Shown here piece after piece: positions 49,286 through 59,332 of a DNA stretch of 64,000 nt. Within the stretch, counting starts at the first letter, position 1, and every line of letters starts with the position of its first letter. Both the position numbers and the translations under genes were made by a program. The notes under the pieces are model-generated. The model was not told the origin of the DNA, did no database searches, and saw only the letters and a program-made list of their open reading frames with translations. Origin of the DNA: an uncultured Verrucomicrobiae bacterium (GTDB lineage: Bacteria > Verrucomicrobiota > Verrucomicrobiia > Chthoniobacterales > JAFAMB01); the NCBI GenBank assembly GCA_963837955.1, contig CAWIPH010000002.1:2048001-2112000 (forward strand). The letters run 5' to 3'.

Positions 49286-49552
49286 CGGCTCCGAGTGCCG
49301 CTTATCTGGCCGGTGCCTCGGGTCGACTGTGCCTTGTGGGCGAAAAGCTCGGTCAACACTCACATCGGCGATTTACACTCGAAATCGCAACGACTTCTCG
49401 TACCCCATTGGTGATGCTTTTCTCGGAATGCAGCCAATAACTATCTGTTTATCTATAAATGGTTTATGTGGCCCTCTAACTTTTTTCCATTTGCCCGCGA
49501 TCTGCTCGCCAACCGAGCTTCCAGCGTTAGAGTTCGGCGAGGAGAAACCAAT

Positions 49553-50218
49553 ATGGCAAGTACAACGCAAGTGAGGAGTGATGCTTCCATCCGCGACGAT
49601 GTGCTGTTGGAACTGAAATGGGATCCGAAAATAAAGTCCAACGACATTGCTGTAGCCGTAAAGGATGGAGTGGTGACTCTATCTGGATTTGTTTCTAGCT
49701 ATTGGGAGCAAGACGCAGCCGAAAAGGCGGCCAAGCGCGTGTACGGTGTCAGAGGCGTGGCCAATGATATCGAGGTCAAACTGTTCTGGCAGCGAACGGA
49801 TCCGGAGATCGCCCGAGACGCTGTTCAGGCGCTGGAGAGTCATGTCAGCATTCCGAGCGACAGAATTAAGGTGACAGTAAAGAACGGCCGGATAACGCTC
49901 GAAGGCGTCGTTGATTGGGAATACCAGAAACTCCTCGCTCAGTCGGCGGTAAAGAAGCTCAAGGGAGTGACGGGCGTCATCAACAAGATACAGGTTAAGT
50001 CGAAAGTTTCTCCTTCCGAAGTAAAGAACAAGATTGAAGAAGCGCTTCGGCGAAGCGCCGAGCTTGATGCCCGCCGCATCACTGTCGAGGTTGAGGGTAC
50101 TAAGGTGAAGCTATATGGCAGTGTGGGTTCATGGGCTGAGAAAGAAGAAGCCGAACGGGCCGCCTGGTCTGCGCCTGGAACGACAGAAGTCGAAAACCAC
50201 ATCACGGTGAGTCCGTAG
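49553..50218 (+). CDS. Triple BON-domain protein (paralog)
   Basis: Highly similar to 47309-47965. Confidence 0.93.
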   Translation: MASTTQVRSDASIRDDVLLELKWDPKIKSNDIAVAVKDGVVTLSGFVSSYWEQDAAEKAAKRVYGVRGVANDIEVKLFWQRTDPEIARDAVQALESHVSIPSDRIKVTVKNGRITLEGVVDWEYQKLLAQSAVKKLKGVTGVINKIQVKSKVSPSEVKNKIEEALRRSAELDARRITVEVEGTKVKLYGSVGSWAEKEEAERAAWSAPGTTEVENHITVSP

Positions 50219-50234
50219 CAACAAAGGCTGCAAC

Positions 50235-50975
50235 GTGTTCCCTATACTGGACTCGGTTCCTACCCGATCGGTACCGGTTGTTACGCGCACGTTGATTCTG
50301 ATTAACGTCATCGTGTTTTTCTTTGAACTGACGCTCCCGAAAGGGGCCGTGGAGCAGGTTTTTTATCTTTTCGGCATCGTGCCGGCTCGCTTTACCCACC
50401 CTGATTGGGCAGCAGCGGTGGGTTTTCCGGTCGACAACTATTGGCCGCTGTTGACCCATCAATTCCTGCACGGCGGATGGCTGCATATCATCGGTAATAT
50501 GTGGGCGCTCTGGATATTCGGCGACAATGTGGAGGACCGGATGGGACCGGTGCGGTTTGCGATTTTCTATCTGACGTGCGGCGTAGTGGCGGCGGTAACG
50601 CATATGCTGACCCAACCCCAATCGACGGTTCCGACGGTGGGCGCCTCGGGAGCGATTGCGGGCGTGCTGGGGGCCTACTTACTGTTGTTTCCAACGGCGC
50701 GCCTCATCGTGATGTTCCCAGTGTTTTTTTTGCCCTTCTTTTTTGAGTTGCCGGCCGTGTTGTATTTGGGGTTGTGGTTCTTCATCCAGCTGTTCAGCGG
50801 GACGTTTGCGTTGGCCGGCCCGTCGCAGGTTGGCGGCATCGCATGGTGGGCGCATGTCGGGGGGTTCATAACTGGGCTGGTCCTCTGTCCATTGTTTGCC
50901 CGGCGCCCGAGTCGAAGCATCCAACCCGACGAGCATGGAACCGAGTGGGTATGGGAGCCACGAAGACGTTTATAG
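50235..50975 (+). CDS. Rhomboid family intramembrane serine protease
   Basis: HQFLHGG..H..GNM, GASGAI, AHVGG. Confidence 0.95.
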   Translation: MFPILDSVPTRSVPVVTRTLILINVIVFFFELTLPKGAVEQVFYLFGIVPARFTHPDWAAAVGFPVDNYWPLLTHQFLHGGWLHIIGNMWALWIFGDNVEDRMGPVRFAIFYLTCGVVAAVTHMLTQPQSTVPTVGASGAIAGVLGAYLLLFPTARLIVMFPVFFLPFFFELPAVLYLGLWFFIQLFSGTFALAGPSQVGGIAWWAHVGGFITGLVLCPLFARRPSRSIQPDEHGTEWVWEPRRRL

Positions 50976-50984
50976 CGAAGGAGA

Positions 50985-51827
50985 ATGATTGTGGATCTAT
51001 TCTGGTTGTTTTTCATGTTGGCGGCACTGCAGCCGGCTTTGACTCAGCGGTTCATGGACGCGACGCGAAAGCGTCTCATTGGCCGGATCGAGCGGGAGCG
51101 AGGGTCGCGGGTTGTTCTGTTGGTTCATCGGCAGGAGACCATGAACCTGTTGGGATTTCCGGTGACCCGATACATCGATGTGAACGACAGTGAAGACGTT
51201 CTTCGGGCGGTCCACCTGACTAGCCCGGACATCCCGTTAGATTTGGTGCTACATACGCCCGGAGGTTTGGTCTTGGCCGCCACGCAAATCGCTCGCGCGG
51301 TCCTCAAACGTCAGGGGAAGGTCACCGTGTTTGTACCCCACTATGCTATGTCGGGCGGCACCTTGATCGCGTTGGCCGCCGACGAGATTGTCATGTCCGA
51401 GCACGCAGTGCTAGGACCCGTGGACCCGCAGCTTGGCCAGCATCCCGCCGCGTCGATTCTGAGGGTGGTGCATCAGAAGCCGGTCGCCGAGGTGGACGAC
51501 GAGACTTTAATTCTGGCTGACCAAGCAGAGAAAGCGCTGACCCAGATGGAATGCGAGGTAACCGACTTGCTGTCTGGAAATTATCCGCCCGAGAAGGCAA
51601 GCGAGCTGGCCAAATTATTGACCAGGGGCACATGGACTCACGATTTTCCGCTGACTTTTGATCGGGCGAAAGAGCTGGGATTACGGGTGAGTAAAGAGAT
51701 TCCGGAAAGCATGATGCACCTGATGCAACTATACCCTCAACCGACGCGCCGACAGCCCTCGGTCGAGTACAATCCACTTCCTTATCGCTCCAGTCCGCGA
51801 TCCGCAAATTCACCTGGGAACAAGTGA
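50985..51827 (+). CDS. ClpP-class serine protease (SDH_sah/DUF114 family)
   Basis: LHTPGGLV, AMSGGTLIALAADEI, LGPVDPQ, WTHDFP. Confidence 0.9.
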   Translation: MIVDLFWLFFMLAALQPALTQRFMDATRKRLIGRIERERGSRVVLLVHRQETMNLLGFPVTRYIDVNDSEDVLRAVHLTSPDIPLDLVLHTPGGLVLAATQIARAVLKRQGKVTVFVPHYAMSGGTLIALAADEIVMSEHAVLGPVDPQLGQHPAASILRVVHQKPVAEVDDETLILADQAEKALTQMECEVTDLLSGNYPPEKASELAKLLTRGTWTHDFPLTFDRAKELGLRVSKEIPESMMHLMQLYPQPTRRQPSVEYNPLPYRSSPRSANSPGNK

Positions 51828-51882
51828 CCTGTCTGCCGATCGAACTGCTTGGTCAAGAGAGAGCGGAGGACTGGCCGAGACC

Positions 51883-52095
51883 TCAAGAGCCAAGAAAAAG
51901 ATTACGCAAAGCTTGGTAGACTGCCAGACTGGGCTCGAGGTCACTGAAAGGCTCGCAAACCAACTCCAAAGCCTCCTGGTCAGCCAGTAGGTCGAATACG
52001 GTCTGTTGCTCGAAGCCAGGAGGGAAACTCAAAACGCTATGCTGAATTCTTTCGCGTACTTCAATCCACCAATTCGACGTCGTTGGCTCGTCCAT
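51883..52095 (-). CDS. Small hypothetical protein
   Basis: 70-aa ORF with ATG in an intergenic gap. Confidence 0.4.
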   Translation of the reverse strand: MDEPTTSNWWIEVRERIQHSVLSFPPGFEQQTVFDLLADQEALELVCEPFSDLEPSLAVYQALRNLFLGS

Positions 52096-52397
52096 TCACA
52101 AAAAGAGTGTTAATACCTGATATGCTGGTTGGAGGCTAGCATTTTGTGCGCCAGACATTGTCGCGGCCATCGGTTTTCTTACGCGAAAAACCAAATTGTG
52201 AGTCTTTCTTCGATCGCGCCAGCCAGTACCAAGAAGAGCGCATCATCTGCCAAAAAGGGGTGAGCAGAAGGCGGAGGAGAGATTACGCTTTTACAGCGAT
52301 GGAGAAAAGGGAGCGGCCGGCGCCTGATCCGGCGGAGTAGATTCGGTTTTACCGAAACGATCTGCGCGGCCAGAACGAAACCTAAAAGGACTAAAAT

Positions 52398-52982
52398 ATG
52401 CTGTATCTTTTGGCACGTCATTGGTGGGCTTTGGCCCTGCGCGGCGTGGCCGCCGTACTCTTCGGTCTTCTGACCTTTTTTGTACCGGACATCACGTTAC
52501 TCTCGTTAGTGCTGCTCTTTGGAGCCTACGCGATTTTGGACGGGATCTTTGATCTGATCTCAGCTGGAAGAGCCCCCGGTCCCCATTGGCCGCTGGTGCT
52601 TGAAGGTATCGTTGGAATCGTCGTTGGAATATTGACGTTCATTTGGCCGGGAATTACGGCCATGGTCTTGCTCTATCTGATCGCCATTTGGGCCATCTTT
52701 ACGGGCGTGCTGGAAATCGTGGCTGGCGTCCGCCTTCGTCGCTTCATCGCCAACGAACTACTGTTGATTCTGATGGGTATCATGTCGATCGCGTTCGGCG
52801 TTCTGGTGGTCATATTTCCGAGTGCCGGAGCGCTCGCGATCATGTTTTGGATCGGGGCTTATGCCCTCGTATTCGGCATCCTCTTGATTGCTCTCGCATT
52901 CCGCCTTCGCGGAATCTATCGGTCCGAAGTTTCGGGGGTTTTTTCGAAGCTGGATCCTACCACGCACCAAAGCCGCCCTTAG
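52398..52982 (+). CDS. HdeD/DUF308 family membrane protein
   Basis: WWALALRG....LFG; two DUF308 repeats. Confidence 0.9.
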   Translation: MLYLLARHWWALALRGVAAVLFGLLTFFVPDITLLSLVLLFGAYAILDGIFDLISAGRAPGPHWPLVLEGIVGIVVGILTFIWPGITAMVLLYLIAIWAIFTGVLEIVAGVRLRRFIANELLLILMGIMSIAFGVLVVIFPSAGALAIMFWIGAYALVFGILLIALAFRLRGIYRSEVSGVFSKLDPTTHQSRP

Positions 52983-52991
52983 GAGAAAACT

Positions 52992-53516
52992 ATGACGGAA
53001 CAAGCAATATCAAATCAGCCGCGCTCCGGGAGCCGAAAGTCGGCTCTGCCAAAAGGGACGAAGGCACCCGATTTTAACTTACACAGCACGCCTGACCAAT
53101 TGGTCTCTCTCAGCGAATTCATTGGCCAACCGGTGGTACTCGCGTTTTACCCGGCCGATTGGAGCCCGGTATGTGGCGACGAGATGACACTTTTCAACGA
53201 AGTGCTTCCAGAATTTCAGAATCTGGGTGCCGAGCTCGTCGGCATCTCGGTCGATGGCGCTTGGTGCCACGCCGCTTTCGCCCGGGACCGCAAGTTGCAT
53301 TTCCCTCTGCTGGCAGATTTCGAACCAAAGGGAGCAGTGGCTCGGCGCTATGGAGTGTACCGCGACGGGGAGGGGGTTAGCGAACGCGCGCTGTTCGTGG
53401 TCGACGCTGACGGTGTCATTCATTGGAGTTATGTTTCGCCGATTGGGGTGAACCCTGGCGCTCACGGAGTCCTGGCTGCCCTGGAAGACCTGCAAAGCAA
53501 AAAGGAAGGAAAATGA
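52992..53516 (+). CDS. Peroxiredoxin-like redoxin (AhpC/TSA, AhpE-like)
   Basis: APDF, FYPADWSPVC, GISVD, LLADF, RALFVVD. Confidence 0.9.
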   Translation: MTEQAISNQPRSGSRKSALPKGTKAPDFNLHSTPDQLVSLSEFIGQPVVLAFYPADWSPVCGDEMTLFNEVLPEFQNLGAELVGISVDGAWCHAAFARDRKLHFPLLADFEPKGAVARRYGVYRDGEGVSERALFVVDADGVIHWSYVSPIGVNPGAHGVLAALEDLQSKKEGK

Positions 53517-54076
53517 AAGACCCGAGTTCCACCGATATCTCTGTCACAAGACTCACAGTTCCAGTCGGCAATCGTGACCACATTCAAGGCCCTCTTAATA
53601 CCCCGGTGACGCTCCTCGAATACGGTGATTACGAATGCCCGGCTTGCGGTGAAGCCTATCCGATCGTCAAAGCAGTTCAGCGGAGTTTAGGAGAAGGGCT
53701 GTGCTTTGCTTTTCGCCACTTTCCGCTGACTAACATACATCCCCACGCCGAACACGCGGCCGAGGCTGCTGAAGCGGCTGGTGCCCAGGGAAGCTTTTGG
53801 CAGATGCATGACATGTTGTTCGAAAATCAAGATGCTCTCGAGGATGAAGACCTCGTCCAATACGCGAAGGCGTTACGGCTCGACGCCCGCCGGCTGATCG
53901 TTGAGGTCGAGAGCAGTGCGTATGCGGTGCGTTTGCGCGAAGATTTTATGAGCGGCATCAGGGGCGGGGTTAACGGCACGCCGACCTTCTTCATCAACGG
54001 CGTACGTTATGATGGTGGCCGCGGCGTGGCTGCGTTGCTTGCTGCACTCACACCGTCTACTGCTGGCTATATCTAA
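53513..54076 (+). CDS. DsbA family (thioredoxin-fold) protein
   Basis: EYGDYECPAC, FRHFPL, GVNGTPTFFING. Confidence 0.92.
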   Translation: MKDPSSTDISVTRLTVPVGNRDHIQGPLNTPVTLLEYGDYECPACGEAYPIVKAVQRSLGEGLCFAFRHFPLTNIHPHAEHAAEAAEAAGAQGSFWQMHDMLFENQDALEDEDLVQYAKALRLDARRLIVEVESSAYAVRLREDFMSGIRGGVNGTPTFFINGVRYDGGRGVAALLAALTPSTAGYI

Positions 54077-54204
54077 ACTCGGGAATGAAAAAGGGGAGAG
54101 AGCGTGCGAAAACTACTGAATGAATCGCGCGGTGCCATTTTGCGAAAAACCGTTTGGCTTTTTGTTGATGCGCCTCGTTCCACCAACCCTCGGAGAATAG
54201 AACT

Positions 54205-54672
54205 ACGAAAAGCAAATTACTCCTTGTGACCGACCTCGGAATGCTCAAGGCCTACAGACTCGAGTTCACCCTTCAAGACACTCCGCGACTGGAAGAGCTG
54301 GAGAAAATCGTTCTTGAAAAAGCGCATACTCGAGTCGTGGACACAGTCACCGACCTGGCTGGCCGGCGAGCCTCACCTACTCAAAAAAACTGGGGCGCTC
54401 CGTTGGCCGATGATCAAAACCTCGAACTCGAAGCTAAACGCCGTCTGATCCATGCGATCGCGGAGCACATCGAACGACTGATCCAAAATAGCGATTGCTA
54501 TGGCTGCTGGCTGGCTGCGCACAAAGAAATTCTTCACCGAATTCTGGATGAATTGGCGCCACCGATTCGGACAAGCGTAAAGAGAATAATTCCGCGGGAC
54601 CTGACGAAATTGGGGCCAAAGGATCTGCTCGACCAATTTCTAAATGCGAACGTCTGGATGACCTACCCGTGA
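54205..54672 (+). CDS. Host-attachment (baeRF-like) protein
   Basis: KLLLVTDLG..KAY, D..GR, W.LAA..., DLTKL. The N-terminus is in frame from an ACG at 54205. Confidence 0.7.
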   Translation, partial: TKSKLLLVTDLGMLKAYRLEFTLQDTPRLEELEKIVLEKAHTRVVDTVTDLAGRRASPTQKNWGAPLADDQNLELEAKRRLIHAIAEHIERLIQNSDCYGCWLAAHKEILHRILDELAPPIRTSVKRIIPRDLTKLGPKDLLDQFLNANVWMTYP

Positions 54673-55226
54673 ACACCGATTCAAATTCCAGGCCGGTCGA
54701 AACGTCCGAGAATGCTAAACCCGATACCGCGGGTGCGCCCGAACTTACAGCGATCCGGGCCGAGCTGGCCGCCGAGAGAGACCGATACCTCCGGCTCGCC
54801 GCTGACTTCGACAACTTCCGCAAACGAATCAATCAGGAGTCCGAGCGCCGGGCCGCCGCGCAAAAAAAGGCCTTCATCCGCGAACTACTGCCAGTTATCG
54901 ATAATCTCGAACGCGCGGTCAGCAGCGATGCATCTGCCTCGCCGGAACAACTTCTTCAGGGCGTGAAGATGACGCTCCAACAACTCAACCAACTGCTGCG
55001 CCGCCACGGTATCGAACCCGAAGAGAGCGTTGATCGGCCGTTCGACCCGCACTGTCACGAGGCCATCATGTCGCGCTACGACCCGTCTCGACCCGACCAT
55101 GTTGTACTCGAGATTTTCGAGCGGGGCTACCGCCACGGCAACGAATGCTTTCGCCCCGCAAAAGTGGTTGTAAATGACCTGAGCCTGGCAGAGTCCGCTA
55201 ACAACGCCGATTCCGATAACCCATGA
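54669..55226 (+). CDS. grpE: Nucleotide exchange factor GrpE
   Basis: LRLAADFDNFRKR, LLPVIDNLERA, FDPH.HEA, RGY......RPAKVVV. Confidence 0.93.
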   Translation: MNTDSNSRPVETSENAKPDTAGAPELTAIRAELAAERDRYLRLAADFDNFRKRINQESERRAAAQKKAFIRELLPVIDNLERAVSSDASASPEQLLQGVKMTLQQLNQLLRRHGIEPEESVDRPFDPHCHEAIMSRYDPSRPDHVVLEIFERGYRHGNECFRPAKVVVNDLSLAESANNADSDNP

Positions 55227-55702
55227 CTGTACACTCGATTGAACCCGATGATCGCGGCTTGGTGCTGGCCTGTCCAAAATGCGGCCAACGTAATCGCATG
55301 ATTTACGGACGATTGGGGCAAAAGTTTCGTTGTGCCAAGTGCCAGACCGAACTCGGTCCGCCCGCCGAACCGATCGAGGTGAAAAAAGAGTCTGTTTTCG
55401 ATGCTATTACCAGTCAGTCTTCATTGCCGGTACTGGTGGAGTTTTGGGCGCCGTGGTGTGGCCCGTGCAAAATGGTCGCGCCCGAATTAGCTAAAGTTGC
55501 GGCCGAGGGGCCGGGCCGTTGGCTGGTGGCGAAGGTGAACACTGAAGAACTGCCGGGCCTTGCTCAACGACATCGAGTCAGCTCGATTCCTCTAATGGCG
55601 GTGTTTAAGGACGGGCGGGAATTGGCTCGACAAGCTGGCGCGATGCCGGCGCCGGCCATTCGGCAATTTGTCGAGCAAGCTGACCGAGTTGGAACCCGGT
55701 GA
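55223..55702 (+). CDS. trxC: Thioredoxin 2 with N-terminal Zn finger
   Basis: CPKC...CAKC plus WAPWCGPC. Confidence 0.9.
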   Translation: MTVHSIEPDDRGLVLACPKCGQRNRMIYGRLGQKFRCAKCQTELGPPAEPIEVKKESVFDAITSQSSLPVLVEFWAPWCGPCKMVAPELAKVAAEGPGRWLVAKVNTEELPGLAQRHRVSSIPLMAVFKDGRELARQAGAMPAPAIRQFVEQADRVGTR

Positions 55703-55773
55703 CAACGTGTCCGCCTAAAGGATTTCTGTGTTCCTTATGTCCGAAACTCTTGGAACGTCATCCCGCTGATCTG

Positions 55774-55995
55774 GCGCCCCCTTCAGGGCGGATCGCTCTA
55801 GGGACGTTACCCGGGGTTAAAATCCCGGGCGGGGAGGGCGCACAGCCTGTCCGACATAGCCCTTTCGGATGCCGGGCGCAGACTGCCTTGAGCGCGACGT
55901 CGGATCCTCGTGCGCCGCGGATCGCGAGGACGCGATCCCTCCCCTTCTGTCCGTTCGGGACAAAACCCCAAGGCTGAGTCTTCCTGGCCCTTCGA
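55774..55995. repeat. Nested REP elements
   Basis: CGCCCCTTCAGGGCG and ACCCGGGGTTAAAATCCCGGG outer family, containing GGGAGGGCGC...GGATCGCGAGGACGCGATCCCTCCC. Confidence 0.8.
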
Positions 55996-56050
55996 GATAG
56001 AGAAGCACTTGCGATAGCAAAGCATCTTCGATGTGCCGGGTTCTCGGACT

Positions 56051-56866
56051 TTAACGGCTACCGCCAGCTATCGCTTTCTGATACTCGTCCACTGCGGCGG
56101 GCAGGAGACTCTCGAGTTGGCTGATGCGGGTCGCGTCCGCAGGGTGCGTAGACATCAGTTCGGGCTGTTGTTGGCCGGCTTTTAATTCCATCATCCGCTT
56201 CCAAAAGGCCAGCGCTTCATGAGGATCGTAACCGGCTCGCGCCATGTATTTGAGTCCGATCTGATCGGCTTCAAGTTCCTGTTTTCGACCAAAAGGCAAT
56301 AACACGCCGTATTGCGCGCCCGCGCCCATCAACCCAAGCAGCTGCCGGCGAGCTCCGTCATCCATGTCGGCAATGGAGCCCTGGGCTCCCATCAACGCAA
56401 TCTGCAAGGCATTCTGTTGGAATATTCGCTGAGCGCCGTGCCGGGAAGTGGCATGCGCAATTTCGTGGCCCAACACCGTCGCAAGTCCCGCTTCGGTTTG
56501 AGTGATCGGTAAGATTCCTGTATACACCACGATCTCGCCTCCAGGCAGACAAAAAGCGTTTTGCTGATCGCTCTGTACCAGCGCGACTTTCCACTGAAAA
56601 TTTCTGGCGCTTTCGTCAACAACCCCGATGAGGCGGCGCGCTACCTTCACCACCAGATCATAATCCGAGCCGGACTGGACGGTTTGCGATTGAGACAGGA
56701 CCTGCTGAAAACTTTGCAGGCCGAGCGTCTGCTCCTGGGCTTCGGAAAGTCCGACCTTGGCCTTCCGGCCCGTTTCCGGGTTGATAAATGTGGGTGACGA
56801 AAAATAGAACCAAGCGATCGCGCCAAGCGCGAGGATAATCGGGAGAATGCGGATCCGACGATTCAT
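56051..56866 (-). CDS. M48 family metallopeptidase (Oma1/LoiP-like)
   Basis: NAFCLPGG, GHEIAH, ELEAD.IG...MARAGYDP, STHP. Confidence 0.93.
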   Translation of the reverse strand: MNRRIRILPIILALGAIAWFYFSSPTFINPETGRKAKVGLSEAQEQTLGLQSFQQVLSQSQTVQSGSDYDLVVKVARRLIGVVDESARNFQWKVALVQSDQQNAFCLPGGEIVVYTGILPITQTEAGLATVLGHEIAHATSRHGAQRIFQQNALQIALMGAQGSIADMDDGARRQLLGLMGAGAQYGVLLPFGRKQELEADQIGLKYMARAGYDPHEALAFWKRMMELKAGQQQPELMSTHPADATRISQLESLLPAAVDEYQKAIAGGSR

Positions 56867-56884
56867 AAATCGAGCAAGAAATAT

Positions 56885-57316
56885 TTACTTCCCGCCCGTG
56901 GAATGGTGAACCCTTAAATATTCAGCTTTGGACCAGAGCAACAAAGCGACCGCCCCAACGCCAACAATCGCCAAGGTGACCATGGCGACCGTAAACCCGA
57001 GCGCGCTAAAATGATGGCCGCGAAGCAGCAATATGAGCGCGCAAAACGGAATCAAAAGAATGGCCAAGACTTGAACGAGATTGATCCGCCAACCCCAATG
57101 TTCGCCGCGATTTAGACTTGGCACGCTGATCAACATGTTAATGCCGATAGCACCGAGGAGAATGCTGCCGCCAAAATGCGCCATAAAACTGAGCGAGCTA
57201 TCCGCTTTGCTCACCAGGGTCACAATCAGATGCAAAACAGCAACTGCGATCGTTAGGATACCGAAGAGCAAAAAGCCTCTACTGACCACCTTCTTGATGC
57301 GAGTCTTGTCTTCCAT
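56885..57316 (-). CDS. Hypothetical 4-TM membrane protein
   Basis: Four hydrophobic segments; co-directional with the M48 gene. Confidence 0.65.
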   Translation of the reverse strand: MEDKTRIKKVVSRGFLLFGILTIAVAVLHLIVTLVSKADSSLSFMAHFGGSILLGAIGINMLISVPSLNRGEHWGWRINLVQVLAILLIPFCALILLLRGHHFSALGFTVAMVTLAIVGVGAVALLLWSKAEYLRVHHSTGGK

Positions 57317-57791
57317 GTTAGCGGCATGTTATGAAATTGATCCGCGTCTAGGCAATCGCTAATTCGCCGGCTGGATAGAGCAACACTTGACTTAGAATTG
57401 CCTGTTTCGGCATGCCTGGGCAGGCAAAAAATGCCATAACTAAGGCTTAGAAACTGGCTCCTTGGCATCTTGGCCACGGTTCGCGGCCGATCCATGCGTG
57501 CTAGGGCGATTCCCGTACGTCTTGGAGACAAGACATCGAAGCGTTCCAGGCGAGACAAATCGTTCCGGAAAAGCCAGGCAGAGAAGCCGAAGGCAAATTG
57601 AGAAAAGAGTCAGACAAGATCGGCCCAGCGCTTTTGTCGGCTTTGGTTATTTTGCAGTTGTGCGGTGAAACTCGCTCGCGGCAAGGGACGGTGGAGCGGC
57701 TTTCCGGACGTACGCCGTGCATCTGGTCTATCAGCGGGACCCAGCTGCGGGGTGTTAATAAATTACTAGCGCTGAGAGTTCATTCAAAACA

Positions 57792-58976
57792 ATGAAGCCG
57801 TTCAACCAGTGCCGGCGATGCGTCATAATAACGGGGCTTGCTGGCGCCAATTTACTTGTATTACTGGCAGGCGAATCGACGATTTCTTCAGTTCGCGCAG
57901 GAACGCCCCCTAAAACCAACTTCGATGATACGCCGTTGCCCCGCGACAATCGCCCAACCCTGACCTATGCACCCGTAATTAGCAGAGTTTCACCAAGTGT
58001 AGTTAACATTTACACGTCCAGGACGATGCGCTTAGATCCGGCCCTCAGAGAGTATCTTCGCGATCTCTATGGCTTTGATCGGGTGCCGAGTGAGCGACGT
58101 CAGCAAAGTCTTGGCTCTGGCGTCATTGTTTCGCCAGACGGATACATTCTTACCAATAACCACGTTGTAGCGGGAGCTGATGAAGTCAAAGTCTCACTCG
58201 CTGATGACAAGACAATCTATGACGCGCAGGTAGTGGGGACCGATCCGCAGACGGATGTCGCTGTGGTTAAAGTAACTGCCGAAAATCTGCCGGCCATTAC
58301 TTTCGCGGACAGTGGCAAAATCGAGGTTGGTGACGTGATGTTGGCGATTGGAGATCCCTTTGGTGTAGGCCAGACGGTGACGATGGGAATCGTCAGCGCG
58401 AAAGATCGCGGCGGTATGGGAATTGCCAGCTACGAGGATTTCATTCAGACCGATGCGTCTATTAATCCCGGGAACTCTGGAGGGGCGCTAGTGGACGCCG
58501 TTGGGCGGCTAGTAGGAATAAATACCGCCATTCTGAGCGGAACGGGCGGCAACCAAGGGATCGGGTTTGCTGTGCCGGTCAACTTGGCTCGATACGTGAT
58601 GGAACGAATCGTCGTGGATGGGAAGGTAACACGCGGCTATCTAGGCGTGAAGATTCAGCCCCTCACCTCGGAGATGGCGAAGAAGTCTAAGCTTTCCCAA
58701 CAGACCGGTGCAATGATCGCGGAAGTTACCCCCGGCTCACCTGGAGAACGCGCCGGGCTCAAACCCGGCGACATCGTTACAGAGTTCGACGGAAAGAGCG
58801 TCACTGATAGCAGACACCTGCAACTGATGGTCGCTGAGAAACCGCCAGGTTCTCAGGTTAAAATGAAAATCCTTCGAGACGGTAAGGAACAGACAATTAC
58901 TGTTCAACTTGGTGAATTGCCGACAGAGATTGCGTCGCACGCTACCCAACCGAGCGAAAGCGAAGACAGCAACTAG
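57792..58976 (+). CDS. DegP/HtrA (Do family) serine protease, single PDZ
   Basis: GSGVIV, TNNHVV, TDVAV, INPGNSGG, RGYLGV PDZ. Confidence 0.93.
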   Translation: MKPFNQCRRCVIITGLAGANLLVLLAGESTISSVRAGTPPKTNFDDTPLPRDNRPTLTYAPVISRVSPSVVNIYTSRTMRLDPALREYLRDLYGFDRVPSERRQQSLGSGVIVSPDGYILTNNHVVAGADEVKVSLADDKTIYDAQVVGTDPQTDVAVVKVTAENLPAITFADSGKIEVGDVMLAIGDPFGVGQTVTMGIVSAKDRGGMGIASYEDFIQTDASINPGNSGGALVDAVGRLVGINTAILSGTGGNQGIGFAVPVNLARYVMERIVVDGKVTRGYLGVKIQPLTSEMAKKSKLSQQTGAMIAEVTPGSPGERAGLKPGDIVTEFDGKSVTDSRHLQLMVAEKPPGSQVKMKILRDGKEQTITVQLGELPTEIASHATQPSESEDSN

Positions 58977-59332
58977 GGCGATCGAATGGCGGGCTGTCGT
59001 CGCGAGCAGACAGCCCGTTTCTCGGTGTCTGGCAAAGAAGCACCTCTCACGGTTAGATCCAATTTGTCGGAGGTAAATGAGCCGCTGTATGCCGGAGGTA
59101 GTTAGGTGATCCCTCCCGAACATGGAGCGGCGTTGGCCGGATATCAGGGCAAAAAGAGCATATCGTACGCCAAGAATCGGCGAGCGAAATATGAGAGTCC
59201 GGCGAGACTTAGAAATGGCACGCCGGCGAACTTCGCGCTCATCATGCAGTTCATAAGGCCGCCGCCAACTAACTCCGACGGACAATTGAAAATGGCCGGC
59301 CCCAGCGTGAAGGGTTAGTATACCGGACGACC

